Origin: Jatrophihabitantaceae bacterium
GTDB taxonomy: Bacteria; Actinomycetota; Actinomycetes; Mycobacteriales; Jatrophihabitantaceae
Direction: 5' to 3'
Assembly (NCBI GenBank): GCA_035656335.1
Contig: DASRSS010000114.1
Coordinates: 1-51,016 of the forward strand
Length of the DNA: 51,016 nt
The notes under the pieces were generated by a model that saw only the letters and a list, made by a program, of their open reading frames with translations, had not been told where the DNA came from and searched no databases. Positions 21,065-29,554 of this stretch are shown one piece after another. Within the stretch, counting starts at the first letter, position 1; the number at the start of each line of letters is the position of its first letter. The translations under genes and the position numbers were made by a program.

Positions 21065-22726
21065 TTACCGCGCGGACGGCGCGCGCCGGGCCAGGATGCG
21101 GTACAGGGCGGGATCCTCGCTGCGATAAGGCGATCGTCCGGTCTTGCAGTCGTGCTCCAGGACGGTCCAGCCGAACTCGTTCTCCAGTCGGCCCGCCAGC
21201 TCGGCGCCGTCGACGAACTCGCGATGCGCGGACGCGTGCACCTTCGGCAACTCGGCATCGGCGAGGTCGCGGAACTCAAGAGCGTGCAGGTCACCGCGAC
21301 GGCCGATCGCTCGCAACGACTCGAACACCTCGTCGAGCCGTCCGCCGAGATAGCCGTGCAGCACGAACCGCAGGTAGATCAGCGCCGGTTCGTCGCCGGC
21401 CCGCGCGCGCTCGCACTCGGCGGCCAGCGCGGCCGTGTCGAGCAAGTCGCACTGGACGAAGGTGACGGCGCGATCGCCGGCGAGTTCTCGCGCCCGGCGC
21501 ACAGCCGCGGCCGACCGGTCGACGCCGACGACCCGCCGGCCGGCAGCGGCGAAGCCAACGCTGTCGCGTCCGTCGCCGCAGCCGAGGTCGAACACGAGCT
21601 CGGGGCAGTCCGGCCTGGCGATCACATCGAGGCAGAACGGCGACGGCTCCGCGGCCTCGGACCGGCGGTAGAAGTCGGCCCAGTAGACCTCGTCGCAGTC
21701 GGCCCAGGACATGTCCATATCGGCGGGCCGTTCGGCGCGGTCGCGGTACCACGAGAACCCCGGCTGCGGCTCTCGCCAGCTCGCGCCGTACAGCTGCGCC
21801 AGCACCTGCTCGGCGGCGACCGGCACCGGCGCCCGCTGCGTGCCGAACGGCACCTCGTGCACGCCCTGCCACTCGTCCAGCCGGACGTGCGTGTCACCGG
21901 CCATGCCCCACGACACCTGCAGCAGCCCGGCCTCGTCGAAGTGGTGCGGGAACAGGTCGACGCGCTGCCGAGTTCCGTCGGGCAGGTCGGCGTAGATGTG
22001 CAGCAGCGGCGGGTACGGCTCGACCTGGTAGCCCGCCTCGATCAGCGCGAGCGCGATGTCGTGCAGCTCGGCGCCCACCTCCGGACCGGTGCGGCGCCTG
22101 GACAGGTAGCCGAGGTCGAGATCGTCGTCGTGGCCGATCGGCCCGTGCTCGCGGACGGCCCCGAGCAGCGAGCCGTACGCGTAGAAGACCTCGTAGCCGA
22201 ACTGCTCGGCGACGAGGGCACGGACCTCGTCGGCCAGCGCGGTCGCGCGCGCGAGCCAGGCGGTGTTGAGGCGCAGGTCCTGCTGCAGCCGGCCCATCCG
22301 CGAGAAGACCGAACCCGCCTCGAGCGCCGCACGCAGCTCGGCCAGTGGCTTCCCACCGCGCTTCGCGGGCACGAAGTGGGTGCCGTGCCCGACGATCGGC
22401 AGCTGCTGCCCGCCGGCCCGCACCGCGATGCGGTCCTTGGGTCCGACGTAGTGCCAGAGATCTTTGAGGACGAAGCGGAACTGCAACACGGTGCCGCTCG
22501 CGTGACGCCGCTCTGACGTCACGGTTGCCCGGGTGCGGGTGACCTCGACGCCGTTGACGGTGAGCGTCACGGTGAGGCTCTTCGTGCCGGGCGCCACGGC
22601 GATCCAGCCGCTGACGAGCGAGCGGGTGAACTCCTCGACCACCCCGGTACGAACCGGCGGGACCGGCGGACGGAGCCCGAGCCTGCGGGCGATGCGTCCG
22701 CCCAGCCGGCGCACTCTGCTTCTCAC
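21065..22726 (-). CDS. Three-domain protein: unknown N-domain + LicD-like nucleotidyltransferase-fold domain + class I SAM methyltransferase (paralogue B)
   Basis: 553 aa with a GTG start in a GTGA overlap with paralogue A. YGSLLGAVREHGPIGHDDDLD matches the LicD/fukutin signature (GTLLGAVRHxGFIPWDDDxD). VFDLGCGDGRDS is SAM motif I. No TM segment or signal peptide is present. Confidence 0.7.
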   Translation of the reverse strand: MRSRVRRLGGRIARRLGLRPPVPPVRTGVVEEFTRSLVSGWIAVAPGTKSLTVTLTVNGVEVTRTRATVTSERRHASGTVLQFRFVLKDLWHYVGPKDRIAVRAGGQQLPIVGHGTHFVPAKRGGKPLAELRAALEAGSVFSRMGRLQQDLRLNTAWLARATALADEVRALVAEQFGYEVFYAYGSLLGAVREHGPIGHDDDLDLGYLSRRRTGPEVGAELHDIALALIEAGYQVEPYPPLLHIYADLPDGTRQRVDLFPHHFDEAGLLQVSWGMAGDTHVRLDEWQGVHEVPFGTQRAPVPVAAEQVLAQLYGASWREPQPGFSWYRDRAERPADMDMSWADCDEVYWADFYRRSEAAEPSPFCLDVIARPDCPELVFDLGCGDGRDSVGFAAAGRRVVGVDRSAAAVRRARELAGDRAVTFVQCDLLDTAALAAECERARAGDEPALIYLRFVLHGYLGGRLDEVFESLRAIGRRGDLHALEFRDLADAELPKVHASAHREFVDGAELAGRLENEFGWTVLEHDCKTGRSPYRSEDPALYRILARRAPSAR

Positions 22727-24381
22727 GGTCGGCGCGCGATGACGCGGTAGAGCTGCGGATCCTCGCCCCGATAAGGGGAAAAGCCGTTGCCCTCCTGTTC
22801 GACGAGCGGGACGAACCCGTAGCGGTCACGCAGCGCGCGTCCGAACGCTGGTCCGTTCTGGAAGCGGCGGAAGTGGTCGCCGTACGTCTTGTGCAGCACC
22901 TCGTCGCGGTCGGTGCGGAACTCGGCGACGAAGAAGTCGCCCGGACGGGCGCAGGCCGCGACCACGCCGAGCAGCGTCCGCTGGACGTCCTCGGGAATCG
23001 AGTGCAGGAAGAAGCGTGCGTAGAACACCATCGGGTCCTCGCCGAGACGTGCCGCGGTGAGGACGTCGCGCAGCCGCTCGGCGTGGGAGACGTCGCAGGC
23101 GACGAAGGCGAGCCGGTCGGCGAGACCGAGTTCGGCCGCCTTGCGCGTCGCCTCCCGCACCGCGACGTGCGAACGGTCCAGGCCGGTGACCTTCGCCCGC
23201 CCCGCACGGGCGAACGCGAACGAGTCGCGTCCGTCGCCGCAGCCGATGTCCACCACGCACCCGGGCAGATCCTCGCGCGCGCTCACGGCATCGAAGAACG
23301 TCGACCCGTGCCCGAACGTCGTGTGCGCGTAGAAGTCGGCCCAGTAGATCTCCTCGACGGTCGCGTCCGCGAGCTGGCCTTCGGTCGCCGCGCTGCGCTC
23401 CCGCTGCCACCGGAATCCCGGGTCGGGCGTGCGCCAGCCCGCGCCGTAGATCGCCTCGAGGACGCGCTCGGCGTCGTGCGGCGCCAGCACGGTGGCGTCC
23501 GCGAGCGACGTCTCGCGCAACGGCAGCCAGCTCTCGGCGGTGACGGCGATGTCCCCGGCCGTCCCGAACGGGAACCGCAGCCGGCCGCTGTCGTCGGCGT
23601 ACAGGTGGAAGAGCTTGAGCCGGACCGCGGGCGCCTCGGCGCGGCTGACGATCAGGTACGCGCGATCGGCCCGTACGCGAAAATCCTTGTCTATCAAGGC
23701 GAAGGCCAGGTCCCGCAGCTGCTGCGCGGCGGCCGGTCCGGTGTGGTGCGGCGACACGAAGGCGCAGTCGAAGTCGAGGTCGAGGCCGATGAAGCCGCGC
23801 TCGCGCACCGCCCCGAGCAGCGTCCCGTACACCAGCGCCGCCTGCAGCTCGTGCGCCGCCAGCTCGTCGCGCACCGCCGCGTAGAGCCGCAGCGCGTCCG
23901 CCTGCCACTGCACGTCCAGCGATTTGGGCAGCTTCAGCTTGCCGGCCCGGTCGAACTGCTCACCGGCGGCCAGCCGGCGCGTCAGCTCGGCCAGGCTGGA
24001 CGTCCCGCTGCGTTCCGGCGCGTAGTGCATCCCGTGGCCGACGATCGGCAGCGCCGCGCCCGCGTACTTGACGGACAGCCGGTTGCCCGGCCCGACGTAG
24101 TCCCAGAGATCGTCGAGGGCGAACCCGAACCTCCGGACCTCGCGCGTCGAACGGCGGTCGGCAGGCTCGGACGCCCAGCTGCGCGCGACGACCTCGTCGT
24201 CGACGAGCAATTCGACGGCAGCCGGCTCGGCCGCCGACACCAACTCGACCCAGCCGTAGGCGCCGGACCCGTCAAGGCTCTCCACCACGCCGTTCAGGCC
24301 CGCGCGGAAAGCGGCCGCGCTGGAGGCACGGTTCGGCGGCAGGGACATCAGGGCTCCGTCGTGGCGGGCGGGACGCAACAC
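22723..24381 (-). CDS. Three-domain protein: unknown N-domain + LicD-like domain + class I SAM methyltransferase (paralogue A)
   Basis: 552 aa; an alternative ATG start at 24348 has GACGGAG upstream. Its LicD-like motif is YGTLLGAVRERGFIGLDLDFD and its SAM motif I is VVDIGCGDGRDS. It is collinear with paralogue B over the full length. Confidence 0.7.
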   Translation of the reverse strand: MLRPARHDGALMSLPPNRASSAAAFRAGLNGVVESLDGSGAYGWVELVSAAEPAAVELLVDDEVVARSWASEPADRRSTREVRRFGFALDDLWDYVGPGNRLSVKYAGAALPIVGHGMHYAPERSGTSSLAELTRRLAAGEQFDRAGKLKLPKSLDVQWQADALRLYAAVRDELAAHELQAALVYGTLLGAVRERGFIGLDLDFDCAFVSPHHTGPAAAQQLRDLAFALIDKDFRVRADRAYLIVSRAEAPAVRLKLFHLYADDSGRLRFPFGTAGDIAVTAESWLPLRETSLADATVLAPHDAERVLEAIYGAGWRTPDPGFRWQRERSAATEGQLADATVEEIYWADFYAHTTFGHGSTFFDAVSAREDLPGCVVDIGCGDGRDSFAFARAGRAKVTGLDRSHVAVREATRKAAELGLADRLAFVACDVSHAERLRDVLTAARLGEDPMVFYARFFLHSIPEDVQRTLLGVVAACARPGDFFVAEFRTDRDEVLHKTYGDHFRRFQNGPAFGRALRDRYGFVPLVEQEGNGFSPYRGEDPQLYRVIARRP

Positions 24382-24431
24382 GTTAGCGCAGCGCGTTCAT
24401 CCTATGTGCCCGTCCAGCCGCAGCTCGATTT

Positions 24432-24466
24432 ATGCCTGCCCGGTATCGACGCGTACGGACAGGCAT
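24432..24466. promoter_or_regulatory. Imperfect palindrome in a divergent promoter region (operator candidate)
   Basis: The arms are atgcctgcccggta and taccggacaggcat-like (atgcctgCccgGta versus the reverse complement atgcctgTccg-ta). It lies between the divergent genes starting at 24381/24348 (-) and 24531 (+). Confidence 0.4.
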
Positions 24467-24530
24467 TTCTCTTGCGCACCGAACGCTCCTACGGTTGTCC
24501 CAGCTGAGCTGACCGGTGCAGGAGGCCATC

Positions 24531-25157
24531 ATGGAATACCTGGTCACGATGACCACGCATGTGCCCGACGGGGTCGCTGCCCACACCGTCGACGACACCC
24601 GCGCCCGGGAGGCAATTCGATCTCGCGAGCTAGCGGTGCACGGCGATCTGCTGCGGTTGTGGCGGCCACCGCTGCAGCCCGGGGAATGGCGAACCCTCGG
24701 CCTGTTCTCCGCTGCGGACGAGCTGCAGCTGGAGAAGGTGCTCGCCTCCATGCCGTTGCGCGTCTGGCGGACGGATGAGCCCATGCCGCTTGCCGAACAC
24801 CCGAACGACCCAGGACGGACGCGCCGCTTGCTCATCGCGCCCGACGCGGGCATGGAATTCCTCACCATTCTGACCATCAACGTTCCCGAAGGCACGCCGG
24901 CCAGAACCGTCGCGGACACCGAGGTCGCGGAGGCCGCCCACGCTGACGAACTCGCGCAGCAAGGTCACCTGCTTCGGTTGTGGACGCTGCCGAGCGATCC
25001 CGGCCAGCGGCGAGCACTCGGCCTCTGGAGCGCCTCCGGGCGCACCGAACTGGCGCGGATCCTGCGATCGCTCCCGCTGTATCCCTGGATGACGATCGAA
25101 ACCACGCCACTGACCACCCATCCCAATGATCCGGGTCTGACGCGCGCGTCTAGCTGA
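24531..25157 (+). CDS. Protein with two tandem muconolactone delta-isomerase-like domains
   Basis: ATG 24531 is preceded by GGAGG with a 5-nt spacer. Half 1 is MEYLVTMTTHVPDG..LLRLWRPP..LPLRVW..PLAEHPNDPG. Half 2 is MEFLTILTINVPEG..LLRLWTLP..LPLYPW..PLTTHPNDPG. Both halves resemble the roughly 96-aa MIase fold. Confidence 0.7.
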   Translation: MEYLVTMTTHVPDGVAAHTVDDTRAREAIRSRELAVHGDLLRLWRPPLQPGEWRTLGLFSAADELQLEKVLASMPLRVWRTDEPMPLAEHPNDPGRTRRLLIAPDAGMEFLTILTINVPEGTPARTVADTEVAEAAHADELAQQGHLLRLWTLPSDPGQRRALGLWSASGRTELARILRSLPLYPWMTIETTPLTTHPNDPGLTRASS

Positions 25158-26013
25158 CCTCGATCGGGGCGGCGGCATCCACAGCGGCCTCGACGAACCG
25201 GCGCATCAGCGACTCGCGGACGTGGGACCGGAAGACCAGGGAGACCGGAACGGGTGGCGCGTTGGTGAGCGCTACATAGCGAACAGCCGGGTGGATGTTG
25301 CGGCGTACCGCGACATCGGGCACAACGCCGATACCGCGGTCAGCGGCGACGGACTCCAGCCACTCGTCGAAGTTGCCGGTCTCGATGATCTGTTCGGGGC
25401 CGTCACGTGCGGGCCAGGACCACGGCCCGGTCGTCCCGCTCACGACGTTGACCACGAGCGGCCACTTCGCGACCTCGCTCCAGTCCACGGTGTCCCGGGC
25501 GGCCAGTTCGGAACGTTCCGAGCAGATCACGACACGCGCCTCGTCGAAGAGATGGACCTGCCGCAGCGCTGTTCGCGCGGGCAACGCGCCTCGAACCAGC
25601 GCAACGTCGACCGCGCCCTGATCGAGCGCGCCGAGGGAACTGTCGACGCGAAGGAGCGCCACGTGGTGACCTGTCGCCTCTTCGAACCGGGTGACCGTCC
25701 GCTGTGCCCACGGGTCAGGCAGCAGCCAGCTGAATCCGAGGCGGACGATCACCTGCGAGCGGACAGACGCCAACGCGAGGTCGAGATCCGCGAGCAGACG
25801 CTCGGCGCGTTCGTAGAATTCGCGTCCCGCGTCGGTCAGTTCGACGTGCCGCGAGGTGCGGTCCAGCAGGGTCACCTGCACGGCCGCTTCCAATTGCTGG
25901 ACGGTGCGCGTGAGCGCTGGCTGGGTGATCCGTAACTGCTCGGCAGCTCGGGTGAACGACCTCGACCTTGCGACCGCCGCGAACGCTCGCAGATGGCGCA
26001 GTTCGACGTCCAT
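25150..26013 (-). CDS. LysR-family transcriptional regulator
   Basis: Start is ATG 26013 within ORF 25150..26307. The HTH is MDVELRHLRAFAAVARSRSFTRAAEQLRITQPALTRTVQQLE, followed by a LysR substrate-binding domain. Confidence 0.85.
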   Translation of the reverse strand: MDVELRHLRAFAAVARSRSFTRAAEQLRITQPALTRTVQQLEAAVQVTLLDRTSRHVELTDAGREFYERAERLLADLDLALASVRSQVIVRLGFSWLLPDPWAQRTVTRFEEATGHHVALLRVDSSLGALDQGAVDVALVRGALPARTALRQVHLFDEARVVICSERSELAARDTVDWSEVAKWPLVVNVVSGTTGPWSWPARDGPEQIIETGNFDEWLESVAADRGIGVVPDVAVRRNIHPAVRYVALTNAPPVPVSLVFRSHVRESLMRRFVEAAVDAAAPIEVS

Positions 26014-26110
26014 GTTTGCGAAGCATAGGCCGTCTGCAGCAGGCATTGGAGCTTGCCCGGCGGCGTACTTAGCGTCGATCGCGACAACACCGAGAGAGGC
26101 CGATGAACTG

Positions 26111-27502
26111 ATGACCCGGGTCTTTCCCAGCGCCTCCGACAAGTCTCCACGACAGAGCACGTCGGCGCGGCGCGTCGTTCTGGAGGCAGCCGCCGCGCTG
26201 GCTGTGAGCATGGGCATCGGGCGGTTCGTGTACACCCCGATCCTGCCGCTCATGCACGCGCAAGCCGGGCTGTCCGCGCAAGCCGGTTCAACTCTCGCCA
26301 CCGCCAACTACACGGGATATCTGCTCGGTGCCATTGCGGGCATCGTCGTTCCGCCGCTGATCCGTTCACGGCTTGTCCTGCGCAGCGGGCTGATCACGCT
26401 GGTCGTCTCGGTCGCGTTGATGGGGACGGCCGATGGGGTGCAGACGTGGCTCCTGCTGCGCTTCGTGTCGGGCGTGGCGAGCGCGCTTGTCTTCATCGCC
26501 GCGGTGAGCGCGATGCTGGCCCGATTACGTTACCGGCAAGAGCACCTGGTCGGCTGGGGCTTCGGCGGTGTGGGGGCGGGCATAGCGCTGTCCGGTGTCG
26601 TCGTCCTCGTGATTCGGGCGACCTCGACGTGGCGTGCCGCGTGGTGGGCATCGGCAGCACTCGCCGCAGTGCTGACGATCGCCAGCTGGTCGCTACGAAC
26701 GGAGCCGCGCACTGTCTCGGCGCTGCCGCACGGCGCCGAAGCACCGCACACCTCGCGCTGGTTCACCGCGTTGTTCGTCAGCTACTCGCTGGAGGGCGTC
26801 GGCTACATCATCGCCGGCACGTTCCTGGTCGCCGCTGTCAACCAGAACTCGCCCGGCTGGGTAGGGAGCAGCGCGTGGATCCTGGTCGGTCTAGCCGCGG
26901 TGCCCGCATCCGCGTTGTGGGCCGTGCTCTCCCGATACCGGAGCCGGCCCACGCTGCTGTTCGTGGCCCTAGTCGTGCAGGCGGTCGGCATCGCGCTGCC
27001 GGCCGTGATCGGCGGAGTCGCGCCCGCGCTGGTATCAGCTCTCTTGTTCGGAGCCACCTTCCTGGGCATCGGCTCGCTGGCCCTCGCGCTCGGCGCGCAC
27101 CTGCAATTCCCGCGCGCGGTCGCGATGCTGACCACGGGCTACAGCGTCGGGCAGATCGCCGGCCCCGTCATCGTCACGCCGCTGCTGAAGAACGGCTACG
27201 GCCTGCCACTCCTGGTCGGAGCAGCCATTGTGCTGGCGGCAGCGACGGCGGCAGCGGTCATGCGCATCGCCTTCCCGCACCGCGTCGGGACGATGCGGGA
27301 GCCCTGCCTTCAGGTCCGCGTGCCGGACGGCGAAGTGGCCCCGCTGGATGCGTTTCGGGCGCGCGGACCGCGGGCACACTCGGCGCATGTCGGTGATGAA
27401 CGTGTTGATCGAACGTCCACCAGCCGCTGTCTGGGCCGTCCTCGCGGACGGCCACTCGTACGCCGAGTGGGTCGTGGGCACCAAGGAGATCCACGAGGTT
27501 GA
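26111..27502 (+). CDS. MFS transporter (YbfB/YjiJ-like)
   Basis: Start is ATG 26111 within ORF 25856..27502. GIGRFVYTPILPLM is characteristic of the YbfB/YjiJ family, with about 12 hydrophobic segments. The last roughly 75 aa are Arg-rich and non-membrane, and they overlap the next gene by 116 nt, so the 3' end is uncertain. Confidence 0.7.
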   Translation: MTRVFPSASDKSPRQSTSARRVVLEAAAALAVSMGIGRFVYTPILPLMHAQAGLSAQAGSTLATANYTGYLLGAIAGIVVPPLIRSRLVLRSGLITLVVSVALMGTADGVQTWLLLRFVSGVASALVFIAAVSAMLARLRYRQEHLVGWGFGGVGAGIALSGVVVLVIRATSTWRAAWWASAALAAVLTIASWSLRTEPRTVSALPHGAEAPHTSRWFTALFVSYSLEGVGYIIAGTFLVAAVNQNSPGWVGSSAWILVGLAAVPASALWAVLSRYRSRPTLLFVALVVQAVGIALPAVIGGVAPALVSALLFGATFLGIGSLALALGAHLQFPRAVAMLTTGYSVGQIAGPVIVTPLLKNGYGLPLLVGAAIVLAAATAAAVMRIAFPHRVGTMREPCLQVRVPDGEVAPLDAFRARGPRAHSAHVGDERVDRTSTSRCLGRPRGRPLVRRVGRGHQGDPRG

Positions 27503-27821
27503 CGAGCACTGGCCGGCGGTCGGTTCGACGATCCAGTTCACCGCCGGCGTCGGCCCCGTCGAGATCAACGACCGCACCGTCGTCCGGCATGTCGAGCCGG
27601 AACGGTCGCTGGAGCTCGAGGCGCAGGCTCGCTGGATGGGCACCGCCCGGATCAGCTTCGACCTGCGTCCCTGGGGTGACAACACCCTCGTGATCATCGA
27701 CGAGCATCCGCTGACCGGGCCGGGGGCGCGCCTGCACAACGCAGCCGTTGACCTGCTGCTGCACGTGCGCAACCGCAAGATGGTTCGCGCGCTCGCGCGG
27801 GCCGTCGAGAGACGCAGCTAG
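27387..27821 (+). CDS. SRPBCC (START/Bet v1-like) family protein
   Basis: Start is ATG 27387 within ORF 27228..27821. VLIERPPAAVWAVLADGHSYAEWV is a typical SRPBCC N-terminus. The protein is 144 aa. Confidence 0.7.
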   Translation: MSVMNVLIERPPAAVWAVLADGHSYAEWVVGTKEIHEVDEHWPAVGSTIQFTAGVGPVEINDRTVVRHVEPERSLELEAQARWMGTARISFDLRPWGDNTLVIIDEHPLTGPGARLHNAAVDLLLHVRNRKMVRALARAVERRS

Positions 27822-29422
27822 CGCCCGATGGCCTTGCGGGCAGCGGCAGCCGCGATCCGCTGGTAGCGCGCGCGATGGCCACGCAGCGCCGCGCGTGCCG
27901 CGTTCGACCCGCACGCTCCGTGCACCGCACCGCCCGGATGCGCCGACGCCGACGCGAGGTACAGGCCGGCGACCGGCGTCTCCGGACGGCCGAGGCCCGG
28001 CGTCGGACGGAACATCAGCTCCTGGTGCACCGCGGCCGTGCCGCCGTTGATCGCGCCGCCGACCAGGCTCGCGTTGTGCTCCTGCAGGCCGAGCGGGCTG
28101 CTCACCGTCCGCGCGACGATCAGGTCGCGGAAGCCGGGCGCGAACTGTTCCAGCCGGTCTTCGATCCGCGCGGCGAACAGCTCCCGATCGCGCTCGTCCC
28201 ACGCACCGGAGATGTCGTCGCCGCCGGCGTCGCCGCGCACCTCGCGCGGCACGTGCGTGTACGCCCACAGCGATTCGGTGCCGGCCGGCGAGCGTGACGG
28301 GTCGGACGTGGTCATCTGGCCGACCAGCAGGAACGGATGCGCCGGGACGCGTCCCATCGCGAGCTGAGCGGTGTACTCGGTGATCTCGTCCATGCTCGCC
28401 GAGATGTGGACGGTGCCCGCACCCGCGGTACCCGGCGACGTCCACGGCACCGGCCCGCGCAGCGCGTAGTCGACCTTGAACGTGGCGAAGTCCCATTGGA
28501 AGCGCCGGATGTCGTCACGCAGTCGCGCCGGCAGATGCGTCCAGTCGACCAACCCGCCGTACAGCACGGGCGCCGGCACGTCCGCCAGCACGGCGCGGCT
28601 CGCGGCGATCTCGTCGCCGTTCGCAGTGCGGACGCCGACCGCGCGCCCGCCGCGCACGATCACCTCGCGCACCGGAGCCTCGCAGCGCACCGCGCCGCCC
28701 TTGCGCTGCAGCCGACGGACGAGCGCCGCAGTGATCTGGCCGGCGCCGCCTTCCGGCACCGGGAAGCCGTACTGCTGGCCCAGCATCGACAGCAGCCAGC
28801 CGAAGATGCCGCTGCCGGTCGCCTCCGGCATCAGGTCGGCGTGCATCGCGCAGCCCGCGAGCAGCAGCGCACCCGGCCCGGTGAACTCCTCCTCCGCGAC
28901 CCGCCGCGCCGGCAGCAGCGCGAAGCGCGCGAACTTCAGCAGCTCGGCCAGGCCGAGGGATCTGGCCAGGCGAACGCCCGAACGCACCGGCGGGAACGGG
29001 ACGAACAATGCGTCCAGCAGCGCCGGATTCAGCCGTTCCCACGTGCCGTACAGCCGCCGCCACGCCGCGCCGTCACCCGCGCCGAGTTCGTCCAGCCCGG
29101 CGGCCGTGGCGTCGAGGTCGCGCGACAGCACCGCCGCCCGTCCGTCCGGCAGCGGGTGCGCGAGGACGGCCGGCGCATGCACCCAGCGCAACCCGTCGTC
29201 CTCCAGCCGCAATGCCTGGAACGCGCGCGAGGCCGCGGTGAGCGGGTAGAACGCGCTGCACAGGTCGGTGACGAAGCCCGGTGCAGGACCGTCGGCGCTG
29301 CGCACGGCTCCGCCCGGCTCGGGCTGCTCCTCCAGCACCAGCACGTCCCAGCCGGCATCGGCCAGGACGTTCGCCGCGACCAACCCGTTCTGGCCCGCGC
29401 CGATCACCACGGCATCGACCAC
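27818..29422 (-). CDS. NAD(P)/FAD-dependent oxidoreductase (phytoene desaturase/CrtI-like family)
   Basis: GTG start. The dinucleotide-binding N-terminus is VDAVVIGAGQNGLVAANVLADAGWDVLVLEEQPEPGG. The protein is 534 aa. Confidence 0.8.
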   Translation of the reverse strand: MVDAVVIGAGQNGLVAANVLADAGWDVLVLEEQPEPGGAVRSADGPAPGFVTDLCSAFYPLTAASRAFQALRLEDDGLRWVHAPAVLAHPLPDGRAAVLSRDLDATAAGLDELGAGDGAAWRRLYGTWERLNPALLDALFVPFPPVRSGVRLARSLGLAELLKFARFALLPARRVAEEEFTGPGALLLAGCAMHADLMPEATGSGIFGWLLSMLGQQYGFPVPEGGAGQITAALVRRLQRKGGAVRCEAPVREVIVRGGRAVGVRTANGDEIAASRAVLADVPAPVLYGGLVDWTHLPARLRDDIRRFQWDFATFKVDYALRGPVPWTSPGTAGAGTVHISASMDEITEYTAQLAMGRVPAHPFLLVGQMTTSDPSRSPAGTESLWAYTHVPREVRGDAGGDDISGAWDERDRELFAARIEDRLEQFAPGFRDLIVARTVSSPLGLQEHNASLVGGAINGGTAAVHQELMFRPTPGLGRPETPVAGLYLASASAHPGGAVHGACGSNAARAALRGHRARYQRIAAAAARKAIGR

Positions 29423-29497
29423 GCGCGTAACTCCTTGCGGCTGGTTGCGACAGGACCTGCGCGATCAGGTCTGCCCCGATGCGCGCCCCGCGAAACT

Positions 29498-29549
29498 GCG
29501 ATCTTGATGATCCCGCGCAGCTGGAGCTGCCTCAGGGCATCAAGATCGC
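29498..29549. terminator. 12-bp perfect inverted repeat with a structured 28-nt spacer, 3' of tsaD
   Basis: The arms are gcgatcttgatg (29498-29509) and catcaagatcgc (29538-29549). An inner gcagc/gctgc stem is also present. Confidence 0.5.
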
Positions 29550-29554
29550 GAGAA

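Noticed and set aside
25856-26307. N-terminal extensions of the MFS (from 25856) and LysR (to 26307) ORFs, which would overlap each other.
   Set aside because: The extensions lack family features and cross the divergent promoter region. Internal ATGs at 26111 and 26013 give canonical N-termini (the GIGRFVYTPILPLM lead-in and the MDVELRHLRAF HTH).
17104-29422. Canonical integrative element or prophage at tRNA-Lys.
   Set aside because: I saw no integrase, excisionase, transposase, phage or conjugation genes, and no direct repeat of the tRNA 3' end. Only compositional and synteny hints remain, and these are reported as a finding rather than as a mobile element.
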